A DNA stretch of 64,000 nt, taken from an uncultured Gemmatimonadales bacterium. GTDB lineage: Bacteria; Gemmatimonadota; Gemmatimonadetes; Gemmatimonadales; GWC2-71-9. Positions 29,714-39,766 of the stretch are shown here, piece by piece (positions within the stretch are counted from its first letter, which is position 1; each line of letters opens with the position of its first letter). A program made the position numbers and the translations under genes. Location: assembly GCA_963779755.1 (NCBI GenBank), contig CAVZZO010000001.1, positions 544,001 through 608,000 of the forward strand. Direction: 5' to 3'. The notes below the pieces were generated by a model. It had not been told where the DNA came from. It saw only the letters and a program-made list of their open reading frames with translations, and did no database searches.

Positions 29714-30244
29714 ATGTTTCCCAGGGGATTGATCGCCCCGGCGGTGCTGGCGCTGGGGGCCGGTGCGGCGGTGGCCCGCGTCCCGGCAGTGCCGCCCCCG
29801 CCGTGCGCCGCCACGGAATACCACCAGTTCGATTTCTTCGTCGGGGACTGGGATACCTACGACATATCGGCGGCGGATAGCATCGTGGCCCGGAATCATG
29901 TGACGCCGATCCTGGGTGGATGCGCCCTGGAAGAGGTCTATGACCAGAACGACGGCCTGCATGGGGTGAGTATCAGCGCCTGGGATCCGAGCCGGCGGCG
30001 CTGGCATCAGACCTGGGTGACCACGCGGGGGCGGGAGGTGCTGCTCCTCAACGGCGGGCTGCGAGGCGGGAAGATGGTGCTGACCGCCAGTGAGCGGCAG
30101 CCCGACGGGTCGAGCTCCCTGTTGCGCGGCACCTGGTGGCGGGAGGGCGCCGCGGTGCGCGAACGGGCCGAGCGTTCCACGGACGGCAGAGAGTGGAGCG
30201 TGGTGTTCGATATCGTCTTTCGGCCGCACCACGAGCCGGACTAA
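29714..30244 (+). CDS. Exported hypothetical protein (DUF1579-like beta-barrel)
   Basis: Signal peptide; C...EYHQFDFFVGDW, WHQTWV, ERSTDG..W; GGAGG RBS. Confidence 0.7.
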   Translation: MFPRGLIAPAVLALGAGAAVARVPAVPPPPCAATEYHQFDFFVGDWDTYDISAADSIVARNHVTPILGGCALEEVYDQNDGLHGVSISAWDPSRRRWHQTWVTTRGREVLLLNGGLRGGKMVLTASERQPDGSSSLLRGTWWREGAAVRERAERSTDGREWSVVFDIVFRPHHEPD

Positions 30245-31740
30245 CCCGTGGCTCGCTGGCGGGCCGGCGCCGTGCCCTGGGAGCAAAGCCACAGGTGGAG
30301 GGCCGCATAGGCCCGCCAGGGCCGCCAGGCTTCGGCCCGTTCCAGCAGCGTCGCCTCGTCGGAGGCACCGGCGGCATGAAGCAGGCTGCGACCCGCCGGG
30401 GGGAACGCGTCGGGCCACTGCAGCGTGCGGAGGAGAATCCGCGTCGCCACCGGTTCGGCCACGCCCAGACCGATCAGGGCCCCAAGCGCAGGCTCCACTT
30501 CCCGGCCCGGCTCCAGCCGCAGAGCGCCGACGGCCATGGCACGGGCGACCCGAACCACGCACTCTGCCGCGCGGGACGGCAGGCCCAGGGAGCGGAGTCC
30601 GGCTTCCCCGAACCCGGCGACCCGCGCGGGAGTGGGCAGGGAGTGGGTGAGGCCGGGAACGTCGTCCGGCGCCGGTTCCCCCAGGGTCCATATCAGCCGG
30701 CGAAGCAGGTGGCCGGCCCCGGCTTCCGATCGCATGCCGGCGCGCACCAGGCTGCGAAGGGCGACCTCGAACGGGTCGAAGCAACCGGGCAGGCGGACCC
30801 CCGGATGGCGCCGGACCAGCGCCGCCAGCCCCGCCCGGGCCAGATGGGTGTCGATCGCGCCGGGCTGCGCATCCAGGTCGAAGAGGCGGCGCAGCCGCGG
30901 AATGAGCGGCATGAGCACCGGCGCAAGCGCCGTGGAGATCTGGAGCCGGAGCTGGCGGGATGCCTCCCGGTTTTCCACCACGACAGTCCCGCGCGCGCCC
31001 TCCAGCGACACCGTGCGCGCGTATCTCAAACCCTCCACTGCCTCGACCCCCGGCAGCGCATCATATCCCAGCAGCGTGAGGAGCCCGGTCCAGTCGAAAG
31101 GGGCGCGATATCCCAGCGTGAGTGACAGCCGTTCGCAGTCGCCGGTACTCCCCGGTCGCGCGGCGCCGGTCCGGACGGTCCGCCGCAATGCGGTGGGCGA
31201 CATCCGATACTGGTCGCGGAACACCGCGTTGAACCGGCGCAGACTCTGGAATCCACTGCTGAAGGCGATCCGGGTGACGGACAGGGTGGTGTCGGTGAGC
31301 AGACGCTTGGCGAGCAGCAGGCGGTAACTCCGGGCCAGTACTCCAGGTGAGATGCCGTACTCCCGTTCCAGAACCCGCCGCAGGTGCCGGGCGCTAACCC
31401 CCAGCTCGGTTGCCAACTGCCCGATGGATCGGCCGTTCAGGGCGCCCGCCTCGATGCGTGATGCCGCGATATGGGCCAGACGGGAGATCGCGTCCACCGG
31501 CGCCCGCCCCGGCGCCAACTCCGGCCGGCAGCGCAGGCAGGGACGGAACCCCGCCTTTTCCGCGGCCACGGTGGATTCAAAAAAACGCCGCCGCTCGGGG
31601 TTGGCCAGGCGGGACGGACAAATGGGCCGGCAGTAGATCCTCGTACTGGTGATCCCGACGAAGAAGAGCCCGTCGAACCGCGGATCGCGGGCGGCGAGCG
31701 CGCGTTCGCAGAGGCGCGGCGTCAGATCTGGGCTCAGCAT
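30241..31740 (-). CDS. alkA: Ada Zn-binding/AraC HTH + AlkA N-terminal + HhH-GPD fusion (AdaA-AlkA)
   Basis: ARDPRFDG, IYCRPICP, FRPCLRCRP, SGFQSLRRFN, RRLFDLDA, WRPWRAYA. Confidence 0.9.
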   Translation of the reverse strand: MLSPDLTPRLCERALAARDPRFDGLFFVGITSTRIYCRPICPSRLANPERRRFFESTVAAEKAGFRPCLRCRPELAPGRAPVDAISRLAHIAASRIEAGALNGRSIGQLATELGVSARHLRRVLEREYGISPGVLARSYRLLLAKRLLTDTTLSVTRIAFSSGFQSLRRFNAVFRDQYRMSPTALRRTVRTGAARPGSTGDCERLSLTLGYRAPFDWTGLLTLLGYDALPGVEAVEGLRYARTVSLEGARGTVVVENREASRQLRLQISTALAPVLMPLIPRLRRLFDLDAQPGAIDTHLARAGLAALVRRHPGVRLPGCFDPFEVALRSLVRAGMRSEAGAGHLLRRLIWTLGEPAPDDVPGLTHSLPTPARVAGFGEAGLRSLGLPSRAAECVVRVARAMAVGALRLEPGREVEPALGALIGLGVAEPVATRILLRTLQWPDAFPPAGRSLLHAAGASDEATLLERAEAWRPWRAYAALHLWLCSQGTAPARQRATG

Positions 31741-31810
31741 GTCAGGAATCTCGCCTCCTTCGGCCCGGCAGACTGGCCGAAAAGGGCCATTGAAACCGGG
31801 GCTACCCCGG

Positions 31811-32015
31811 CCGTCCTCGCCGAGTCTCCCTTCGCGGCCGACTCGGCGCGACGGTACCCCTTTCCCTTTTCCCCTTCCCCCGCTTCTTGCACGCCGCCGT
31901 CCTCGCCGAGTCTCCCTCCGCGGCCAACTCGGCGCGACGGTTCCCATTTCCCTTTTCCCCGCTTCTTGCGCGGCGCCGTCCTCGCCGAGTCTCCCTCCGC
32001 GGCTAACTCGGCGCG
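31811..32015. repeat. Three copies of a hairpin REP-like unit CCGTCCTCGCCGAGT...ACTCGGCGCGACGG with pyrimidine-rich linkers
   Basis: Copies start at about 31811, 31897 and 31976. Confidence 0.88.
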
Positions 32016-32153
32016 CCTGCGCGGGAGGAGACCCCAAGATGGGCACCGCGCGCCGACACCCGCTGCGGGAGACTCCGGCGTCGTCCGGCACCATACGTAG
32101 CTTCCGACCGGCAACCAGCAACACTAAGCAACCAGCAACTCAGTCCTCAGTTC

Positions 32154-35100
32154 TCAGCCCTTTTCTCCCCCCACCGTCCTCTCCCCACCCACCATTTCCA
32201 CTCCGACCGGCAGCAGGACCAGGGTGACCAGGGTGGACAGGCTCAGGCCCCCAATCACGGCGATGGCCAGCGGCTTCTGCAGTTCGCTGCCGGCGCCCAG
32301 GCCGAAGGCGAGCGGCAGCAGGCCGGCGATGGTGCAGAGGGTGGTCATGAGGATCGGGCGGAGCCGGACGCGCCCCGCCTCGACCAGCGCCTCGCGCCGG
32401 TCCATGCCTTCGGCCTCCCGGCGGGCGGCGGCGTCCAACAGGATAATGCCGTTCTTTACCACCAGGCCCACCAGCAGGATCAGCCCCATGAAACTGGAGA
32501 CGTTGAACGGCACGCCGGTGATGGCGAGCCCGAGGAAGGCGCCGGTGAGGCCCAGGATGGCGGCGAGCATGATGAGAATCGGACCCCGGAAGTTGCCGAA
32601 CTGGACCACCAGCACCAGCATCACCGCGCCCACCGCCAGCGCGAACACCATGAGCAACTGGTGGAAGGCCGCCCGCTTGCTGGCATCCTGGCCGCCGTAC
32701 TCGAGCGTGACGCCGGGCGGCAGGGAGAGCTTGTCCACCGCCGAGCGGATGTGCCGCATGACGCTGCCCAGGTCGGCGCCCTCGACGCCGCCGGTGACGT
32801 CGACCATGTCGCGCAGGTTTTCCCGCAGCAGCTCGGCAGGCTCGGTAGTATCGCGCACCGTGCCGAGGTCGCCCAGCAGGGCCCAGCCGCCGGGGCCGCT
32901 GATGGGAATGCGAGCCAGGACGTTGCGGTTGAATCGCACGCTGTCGGGCAGGCGGGCGCGGACCGGCACCAGCCGGTCGGGTTCCTGGACCGAGCCCGCT
33001 TCATCGCCGAAGAGCGAGGCGCGCGCCTGGTCGCCCACCTGCTCGACGCTGAGCCCAAGGCGTGCCACCCGGGTGGGGTCGGGTTCCACCCGGATCTGGG
33101 GCAGATCGCCGCGCACGCCGTTGAAGAGATCCACCAGGCCGGGAGTATCCTGGATGGCGCGGGCCACCTGTTTCGCGGCCTGTTCCCGCGGCGCGCGCTC
33201 CGGGCTGAAGAGCTTCACCTCGACCGGCGCGGGTGCGCCGGCCAGATCGTTGATCACGTCCTGGAGAATCTGGACGAATTCGACCCGCACCACCGGCGCC
33301 TGGCGCGCCGCCTGGGCCCGTACCCGGTCCATCACGTCGTATACCGACGCGTCCCGTTGCGAGCGCGGTTTCAGCAGCACCGCGAAGTCCCCGCTGTTCT
33401 GCGCGGTGGCGAAGAGGCCCAGTTCGGCCCCGGTGCGGCGGGAGAAGGCCTGGATATCCGGGTCCTGCTTCAGGATCTGTTCGATCACATGCAGCTGCCG
33501 GTCGGTCTCCTCCAGGGAGGTTCCGGTGGGGGTCTCGTAGTCGAGAATGAACCCGCCTTCGTCCATGGCCGGCAGGAAGCCGCTGCCGATGACCCGGGTG
33601 AGTGCGTAGGCTCCCACCAATAGCGCGGCGGCGAGGCCCACACCCAGGATGCGGCGGGGGAAGAGCCGCCGCATGAAGGCGGCATAGCGATCCTGCAGCG
33701 GCTCCAACTTGAGCCGGGGAATGCCCCGCCCGGGCTTGCCGCCGGCCCGCTCCACCCAGTGCCCCAGCAGCGCGGGGATGAGCGTCAGGGCCAGGAAGAG
33801 CGAGATCGCGACCGAGAAGGTGAGGGCGATGGCAAAGGCCCGGAAGAAATCGCCCACTACGCCCTCCAGCAGCCCCAGGGGTGTAAAGACCACCACGGTG
33901 GTGATGGTCGAGCCCACCACCGGCGCCATGATCTCCTCCACCGCCTCCCGGATGACGAGCGCGCGCGGTTCTCCGGCACGCCGGGAGAGCTGGCGCTCGA
34001 TGTTCTCCACCACCACGACCGCGTCGTCGATCACCAGCCCGATGGCGACCGCCAGGCCGCCCAGCGACATGAGGTTGAGGCTCTGGCCCGCGAGCTGCAT
34101 TCCCAGGAAGGTGATCACCAGCGCCAGCGGGATGGCGAGGCCGGCGGCCACCGTCACCCGGAACCGGCCCAGAAAGACCAGCAGCACCGCGACGGCGAGC
34201 AGACCGCCGATCAGCATGGCGTCGCGCACGCTGGCCAGCGACTCCCGCACCAGCTCGCCCTGGTCGTACACCACCTGCAGCTTCATGCCGCGGGGCAGCA
34301 CCGGCTGGAGCGAATCCACCACCGCGCGCACCGACTTCTGGACCACCAGCGTGTTGCCGTTGGGCTGCCGGGCCACATTGATGAGCGCGGCGGGCTCGCC
34401 GTTGCCGGCGGTGATGAGAAACCGGTCTTCCGGCCCGTACTTTACCGTGCCCAGGTCGGACACCCGGATCATGCGGTCGCCCGCCCGGGTGACGACGATG
34501 TTGCCGATTGCCTCGGGCGTGCGCGCCAGCCCCGACACCACGATGCCGAACTGGCGGTACTGCAGGTTGAGCCGGCCGGCGCTCACCAGCGCGTTACTGG
34601 CCTTGATGGCATCCGCCACCTGGGGCACCGACAGGTGGCTGCTCACGATCCGCTCGGGATCGAGAATCACCGACACCTCGCGTACCAGCCCGCCCTGCAC
34701 CTCCACCCCGCCGACATCGGGCAGCCCCGACAGCCGGGGCCGGATGGTGTACTGGGCGTAGTCGCGCAGCACCATCGGGTCGGCGCCGGTCAACTCGTAC
34801 TGCACGATGGGAAACGTCGAAGGCGTGAGCCGGTCGGCGGTGAGCGTGATACCCGGCGGCAGCTCGGGCTGGAGGCTCGCCACCCGGCCCTGGACCTGCT
34901 GCAGGGCGTACTGCATGTCGGCGCCGGGCCGGAAGTACAGGCTCAGTTCGGCTCCGCCGCGGATGGTCTTGGAGCGGATCCGCCGCAGGTCGATCACACC
35001 GCTCATGGCCTCTTCCAGCGGCCGGGTGACCGCCACGGTCATGCTGGCGGCATCGAAAGTGCCCCCTTCGGCGATCACCACAATTCGGGGGAAGGCGACT

Positions 35101-35216
35101 TCGGGATAAATGCCGGCGGGCAGCGTGAACAGCGCCCAGAGGCCGCCCAGCAGGAGCAGCAGGGTGAGCAGGTAGACGGCGGCGCGCTGCCGCTGGGCCA
35201 GGGCGGGTATGCTCAC
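32154..35216 (-). CDS. RND efflux transporter permease (AcrB/CzcA/CusA family)
   Basis: GLVIDDAVVVVENI, VKNGIIL, RLRPILMT, LQKPLAIAVIGG. Confidence 0.95.
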   Translation of the reverse strand: MSIPALAQRQRAAVYLLTLLLLLGGLWALFTLPAGIYPEVAFPRIVVIAEGGTFDAASMTVAVTRPLEEAMSGVIDLRRIRSKTIRGGAELSLYFRPGADMQYALQQVQGRVASLQPELPPGITLTADRLTPSTFPIVQYELTGADPMVLRDYAQYTIRPRLSGLPDVGGVEVQGGLVREVSVILDPERIVSSHLSVPQVADAIKASNALVSAGRLNLQYRQFGIVVSGLARTPEAIGNIVVTRAGDRMIRVSDLGTVKYGPEDRFLITAGNGEPAALINVARQPNGNTLVVQKSVRAVVDSLQPVLPRGMKLQVVYDQGELVRESLASVRDAMLIGGLLAVAVLLVFLGRFRVTVAAGLAIPLALVITFLGMQLAGQSLNLMSLGGLAVAIGLVIDDAVVVVENIERQLSRRAGEPRALVIREAVEEIMAPVVGSTITTVVVFTPLGLLEGVVGDFFRAFAIALTFSVAISLFLALTLIPALLGHWVERAGGKPGRGIPRLKLEPLQDRYAAFMRRLFPRRILGVGLAAALLVGAYALTRVIGSGFLPAMDEGGFILDYETPTGTSLEETDRQLHVIEQILKQDPDIQAFSRRTGAELGLFATAQNSGDFAVLLKPRSQRDASVYDVMDRVRAQAARQAPVVRVEFVQILQDVINDLAGAPAPVEVKLFSPERAPREQAAKQVARAIQDTPGLVDLFNGVRGDLPQIRVEPDPTRVARLGLSVEQVGDQARASLFGDEAGSVQEPDRLVPVRARLPDSVRFNRNVLARIPISGPGGWALLGDLGTVRDTTEPAELLRENLRDMVDVTGGVEGADLGSVMRHIRSAVDKLSLPPGVTLEYGGQDASKRAAFHQLLMVFALAVGAVMLVLVVQFGNFRGPILIMLAAILGLTGAFLGLAITGVPFNVSSFMGLILLVGLVVKNGIILLDAAARREAEGMDRREALVEAGRVRLRPILMTTLCTIAGLLPLAFGLGAGSELQKPLAIAVIGGLSLSTLVTLVLLPVGVEMVGGERTVGGEKG

Positions 35217-36253
35217 GGCGTGCCGCCCGCGGGGCGGACGCGCATGCTGTCGCGCAGGCCATAGGCCCCGGTGGTCACCACCGTCTGTCCCGCCTGGAGC
35301 CCTTCGGTCACTTCGGTGCGGCCGCCCTGATGAATGCCGGTTTGCACCCGTTGCTGGTGCGCGATGGAATCGGGCCCCACGGTGAAGATCGCCAGTGAAT
35401 CGCCCTGGACCACAATGGCCGAATCGGGCACCACCAGCGCTCCGGTGTGGCGGCCGATGGTGATCACCGCGGTGGCGCCGGCGCCGGGCCGGAGCGGGCC
35501 GCCGCGGTTGGGGATCCGCACCACCACATTGCCCGAGTTGGTCAGCGAGTCCACGGCCGGCGCCAGCGCGGCCACGCGGGCCGGGACCGCCTCGTTCACG
35601 CCTTCGCTGGTAACCAGCGCGGAGTCGCCCCGGTGCAGCCCGGCCAGGTCGCGGGCAGGCACCGGCGCGACCAGGTCCAGCGTGTCGGCGTTCACGATCT
35701 GGGCGATCGTGGCCCCTGCCTCCACGCGTTCACCCCGCTGTACCGGCACGCTCTGCACCACCCCGCGCAGGGGGCTGGCCACCCGCAGCCGTGACAGCGC
35801 CGCCTGAGCGGCATTGGCCTGCGCCCGCGCCGATACGGCCGCGGCATGCGCCTCCTGCGCCTTCTTCTGGGAAGTGATGCCCTTGTCGAGCAGTTCCTGC
35901 TGCCGGGAGGCGTCGCGCTCCGCCACCTCGGCCGCCGCGGACTGTTGGCGCGCGGAGGCGGCCAGATCGGGCGCCTCGAGCTGCACCAGCAGCTGCCCCT
36001 GCCGCACCGGCTCGCCCACCTGCACCTGCACCGACTTCACAAAAGACGGCGCGGGCGCGGTCAATATCGCCGACCCGCCGGGCCGGGGCTGCAGCCGTCC
36101 GGTGAGCTGCACCTGCTCGGCGATGGTATCGGGCTGCACGGTATAGGTCTGTACCGGTACCAGCGTTTCACCCCTAGGAACCTCCGAATCGCCTTCTCCG
36201 CCGCCGCCGCAGGCGAGCGCCCCCAGCAGCAGGCCCAGCGCCAGTCGTCTCAT
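35213..36253 (-). CDS. RND periplasmic adaptor (membrane fusion) lipoprotein
   Basis: Lipobox LAC; lipoyl-like VQVGEPVRQGQLL, alpha-hairpin, VPDSAIV. Confidence 0.92.
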   Translation of the reverse strand: MRRLALGLLLGALACGGGGEGDSEVPRGETLVPVQTYTVQPDTIAEQVQLTGRLQPRPGGSAILTAPAPSFVKSVQVQVGEPVRQGQLLVQLEAPDLAASARQQSAAAEVAERDASRQQELLDKGITSQKKAQEAHAAAVSARAQANAAQAALSRLRVASPLRGVVQSVPVQRGERVEAGATIAQIVNADTLDLVAPVPARDLAGLHRGDSALVTSEGVNEAVPARVAALAPAVDSLTNSGNVVVRIPNRGGPLRPGAGATAVITIGRHTGALVVPDSAIVVQGDSLAIFTVGPDSIAHQQRVQTGIHQGGRTEVTEGLQAGQTVVTTGAYGLRDSMRVRPAGGTP

Positions 36254-37440
36254 TGGGTGGGTCCGGTGAGGGTGGTCCATGCGGCGAGCGCCTCCTGGAA
36301 TGCGATGAAGTTGTCCACCGCGTCCTGCGCCACCTGGCGTTCGGAACGGATGGCGTCCAGCACCTGCGGCAGGTCGCTCTCGCCCAGGCGGTAGGCCTCC
36401 ACTGCCTGGGCGAGCAGACGCTGCGCGGCGGGCAGCAACGTGTCGCGCACCATGCGGGCCCGCCGTGCCGTTTCCAGCAGCCGGATCCGGAACTCCGCCA
36501 TCCGGCGCTCGGTTTCGAGCCGGGTCTCGGTCGCCCGTGCCGCATCGGCCAGCGCGCGGCCGCGGGCCTGGGCGGCGGCGCCGCCCCCGTGGTTCCAGAG
36601 GGGAATCGGGATGGTCACGCCGATCACTCCCAGCGTCCCGGCGCCCGGATTGGTGGGATCCTTCCAGTCGGCGCCGGCCTCGATTTCCGGGATGGGAATC
36701 TGGGCGATGCGCGCGCTGCGCCACAGGCTGGCCGACGCGGCGGAATCGGCCGCGGCCATCCGGACCGCCGGGATGTCTTCCAGCGCCGGGAGCGCGGTAT
36801 CGGGCAGCACGTCCAGCCCGGCGGCCAGCGAGCCGGCAGGAATCGGCGGCGCCGCCCCCGGCCAGCCGGTGAGCCGGGCCAGCAGGGCTTCGGCGATCTG
36901 AGCCTGCTGCAGGGCCGTCGAGTGGGCCTGGTGTGCCCGGGCGGCCTCCAGCGCCACCTGGTCGCGGTCGAACTGTGAAATGTCGCCCGCGTCCAGCCGC
37001 GCGTCGGCGATGCGGGTCAGCGAGTCCGCGGCCGCCGATGCTTCGCCGGCGTACGCCAGCGCCTGGCGTGCGCCCAGGGCGCCGTAGAAGGCGGCGCGGA
37101 CCTCGTTCTCCAACTCCGCCATGATCCGCAGGGAATCGGCCCGGGCGCGGTCGAGCCCGGCGGCGCCGGCGGCGCGCTCCGCCCCGCGCCGCAGCAACCA
37201 GTCGAGCGACTGGCTGACCAGGATGTGGCGCTGGGGCGGATCTTCGGTGAGGCTGGCCGCCAGCGCGGGGTTGGGGATGGTCCCGGCCACGCGATAGGCG
37301 CCCCGCGCTTCGGCCACGAGGGCGGCGGCTTCCTGCGGGCTGGCCCGGTGGGTGCGGGCCCGCTCCAGCGCGGCCTCCAGGGTGAGCGAGTCCGGGCCCT
37401 GCGCCTGAACCGCCAGGAATGCGAGGGCGAGGGCAATCAT
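36250..37440 (-). CDS. TolC family outer membrane protein
   Basis: LTLEAAL, duplicated helical halves (DAGDIS / YRLGESD), position in the operon. Confidence 0.9.
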   Translation of the reverse strand: MIALALAFLAVQAQGPDSLTLEAALERARTHRASPQEAAALVAEARGAYRVAGTIPNPALAASLTEDPPQRHILVSQSLDWLLRRGAERAAGAAGLDRARADSLRIMAELENEVRAAFYGALGARQALAYAGEASAAADSLTRIADARLDAGDISQFDRDQVALEAARAHQAHSTALQQAQIAEALLARLTGWPGAAPPIPAGSLAAGLDVLPDTALPALEDIPAVRMAAADSAASASLWRSARIAQIPIPEIEAGADWKDPTNPGAGTLGVIGVTIPIPLWNHGGGAAAQARGRALADAARATETRLETERRMAEFRIRLLETARRARMVRDTLLPAAQRLLAQAVEAYRLGESDLPQVLDAIRSERQVAQDAVDNFIAFQEALAAWTTLTGPTQ

Positions 37441-37490
37441 GGGGCCGTGCGGGAGTTCGGTCCGGGTGCGGGCGCCTGAGGACAGTCCAT
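37437..37490 (-). CDS. 17-aa uORF (MDCPQAPAPGPNSRTAP) coupled to tolC
   Basis: AGGAG RBS 5 nt before the ATG; TGA overlaps the tolC ATG (ATGA). Confidence 0.45.
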   Translation of the reverse strand: MDCPQAPAPGPNSRTAP

Positions 37491-37579
37491 GGTGGCTCCT
37501 GGTAGAGGTCTCGGTGGCACCGGCACGCTCGCCCGGGAGCCGCCGAGTTGCCGTGCGGCGGCGCACACCCGGGGGGCGG

Positions 37580-37612
37580 AACCTAGCCGCGGCTGCATGA
37601 CAGGGACCTGAC
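37580..37612 (-). promoter_or_regulatory. OmpR-type tandem box GTCA-N7-GTCA, 12 nt, then -10 TAGGTT (efflux operon promoter)
   Basis: Same geometry as the site at 39767-39799. Confidence 0.7.
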
Positions 37613-37686
37613 GGAGCCTCTTTCAGAACCGGGATGGTACAGCCGGCCCTGGGGTAGCTACGGACTGCGGCGGCGCCGTTCCGGCC

Positions 37687-39081
37687 TCAGGTGGCGAGCG
37701 CGGTGGGCTCGGGCTCGGCCGACATGTCGCGGGGGAGCACCAGCGCGAACCGGCTGGTGCGGCCCTGGTGATCGTATTCCAGCCGGCCGGCATGCGCCTG
37801 CGCGATCCAGCGGACGATGGACAGCCCCAGACCCCGCTCGTCGCCGTCCTCCCCGGCCTGGTGGCCGGTCAGCCGCTCGGGCTCCAGCGGCTCGCCTCGG
37901 CTGGTGACTTCGATGCGGACCGTTTCCTCCACGGCGTATCCATCCACCATGATGGCGGTTCCCTGGTCGGCGTGGCGGCAGGCGTTCTCGATCAGCTCCA
38001 GCAGGCTTTCCCGCAGCAGCATCTCGTTGCCGGTCAGCTCCGCCGGTTCCACCCGGCCGAACTGGAGCGGGTGGCTGGTGGCCCGCGCTCTCCCCCGCAT
38101 CAGGTCCACACATTCGAGCAGCAGGCCATCCACCTCCACCCGGTCCTCCAGCGGCGGCACTTCGCCGGCATCGGCCTGTGCCAGAAGAAAGAGGTCGCTC
38201 ACCCGCTGCGACATGTGGCCGGCCGCGATGCGGATCCGGTCGAGAATCTGGCGGTATTCCTCGGGTGCGCGGGGCCGGTCCAGCCCGAATTCGCTCTCGC
38301 CGCGGACCAGGGTGAGCGGCGTGCGGAGCTGGTGCGCCGCCCGGGCCAGAAAGGTCCGGTTGACCCGGCGCGCCTCTCCCAGGCGATCGAGCAGGCCGTT
38401 AAAGCGTGCCGCGAGATCGTCCAGCTCATCCGGCGGCTGCCGGACCGCCAGGCGCCGCTCCAGCCGTCCCGGAGCCATCTCCGCCATGGTGCGCGCCATC
38501 CGCCGGATGGGGCGCAGCGCGATCCGCGCCAGGACATAGCCGGCGCCCAGGCCCAGCAGGAGGACCAGCGGGGCAGTACCTATCAGCCAGCCGAAGAGCG
38601 ATTCGCGATCCTCCCGCAGGCCGGCCGTCGATTGCAGCGCGGCGACCAGCAGGGGTGGATCGGTCGTCAGCGAGGTGACGGCGGCGCGTCCGTTGCCCTC
38701 GTCGTCGAGCGGGAACTTTTCAACGGCGGGGCCGGCTCTCAGGGCGTCGACGCGGCGCGCGGCGGCAATCAGCCCCGAGTCGCCCAGGGCGCCCAGGCTG
38801 TCGCCGTCGGGCGTGAGTACCAGCAGGCTCGCGGATCCGGGAGGCCACTCATCCAGCGCATCGGCCACGGCCTCGCGCAGCGGCCGGCCCGGCGGGTCCT
38901 GCCGCTCCCGCTGGATGGCCTGGGCCAGGCCGGCGGCGGCGGTTTCCAGGCCGGCGGTGAGCCGCAGGTCGGCCTGCTGAGTGACATGCCGGAAGAGCGC
39001 GTAGTCGAGCAGCGCCAGGCCCAGGAGAAAGGCGCAGCCGAACAGCGCGGCCAGGCGGAGGCGGAGCCGGCTAAGGGGCAT
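37687..39081 (-). CDS. HAMP-domain sensor histidine kinase
   Basis: Two TM helices, HAMP, AAHQLRTPL H-box, ENACRH N-box, GLGLSIV G-box. Confidence 0.93.
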   Translation of the reverse strand: MPLSRLRLRLAALFGCAFLLGLALLDYALFRHVTQQADLRLTAGLETAAAGLAQAIQRERQDPPGRPLREAVADALDEWPPGSASLLVLTPDGDSLGALGDSGLIAAARRVDALRAGPAVEKFPLDDEGNGRAAVTSLTTDPPLLVAALQSTAGLREDRESLFGWLIGTAPLVLLLGLGAGYVLARIALRPIRRMARTMAEMAPGRLERRLAVRQPPDELDDLAARFNGLLDRLGEARRVNRTFLARAAHQLRTPLTLVRGESEFGLDRPRAPEEYRQILDRIRIAAGHMSQRVSDLFLLAQADAGEVPPLEDRVEVDGLLLECVDLMRGRARATSHPLQFGRVEPAELTGNEMLLRESLLELIENACRHADQGTAIMVDGYAVEETVRIEVTSRGEPLEPERLTGHQAGEDGDERGLGLSIVRWIAQAHAGRLEYDHQGRTSRFALVLPRDMSAEPEPTALAT

Positions 39082-39760
39082 GCGCCGGATCGTGCCCGGA
39101 AAGGACGTAGCCCATGCCTCGCACGGTGTGGAGCAGCGGCGTGTCGCCGGCGGCGTCCACCTTCCGGCGCACCCGGCCGACCAGCACGTCTACCGCGTTG
39201 CCGATGGGATCGAAGTTGTCGTCCCACACGTGGTCCAGAATCTGGGAGCGGGAGACGACCGTCCCGGTATTGCGCAGGAGATATTCCAGCAGGGCGTACT
39301 CGCGGGCGGTAAGACGGATGATCTCCCGGCCGCGCCTGGCGATGCGGGTGCGGGTGTCCAGCTCCAGGTCGGCGCAGCGGAGCGTGACCGGCAACGGCAC
39401 CGAGGGACGGCGCGCCAGGGCGCGCAGGCGGGCCAGCAGCTCCTCCATGGCGAAGGGCTTGGGCAGGTAGTCGTCGGCGCCCGCGTCGAGGCCGGTCACC
39501 CGGTCGGTGAGGGCGGAGCGGGCGGTGAGCATCAGCACCGGTGTCCGGCCTCCGCGCCGGCGCCAGCGGCGGCAGACCTCGAATCCGTCGATGTCCGGCA
39601 GACCCACGTCCAGCACCGCCAGGTCGTAGTCGTTGACCGCCAGCGACGCCAGCGCTTCGCCGCCGGTCTCGGCCAGATCCACGGCCCAGCTCGCCTCGCG
39701 CAGCACCCGCTGCAGCAGATCGGCCACGTCGGGCTCGTCTTCGACGACCAGGATTCGCAT
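39071..39760 (-). CDS. OmpR-family response regulator
   Basis: ILVVED, LDVGLP, GADDYLPKPF, wHTH TVRGMGY. Confidence 0.95.
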   Translation of the reverse strand: MRILVVEDEPDVADLLQRVLREASWAVDLAETGGEALASLAVNDYDLAVLDVGLPDIDGFEVCRRWRRRGGRTPVLMLTARSALTDRVTGLDAGADDYLPKPFAMEELLARLRALARRPSVPLPVTLRCADLELDTRTRIARRGREIIRLTAREYALLEYLLRNTGTVVSRSQILDHVWDDNFDPIGNAVDVLVGRVRRKVDAAGDTPLLHTVRGMGYVLSGHDPAHAP

Positions 39761-39766
39761 GGCTGG

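Noticed and set aside
31741..32124. Long N-terminal extensions given by the ORF track (alkA, MFP, AI-2E, PQQ dehydrogenase, DUF488, deaminase)
   Set aside because: The extensions run through repeats or neighbouring genes; downstream starts coincide with signal peptides or family N-termini.
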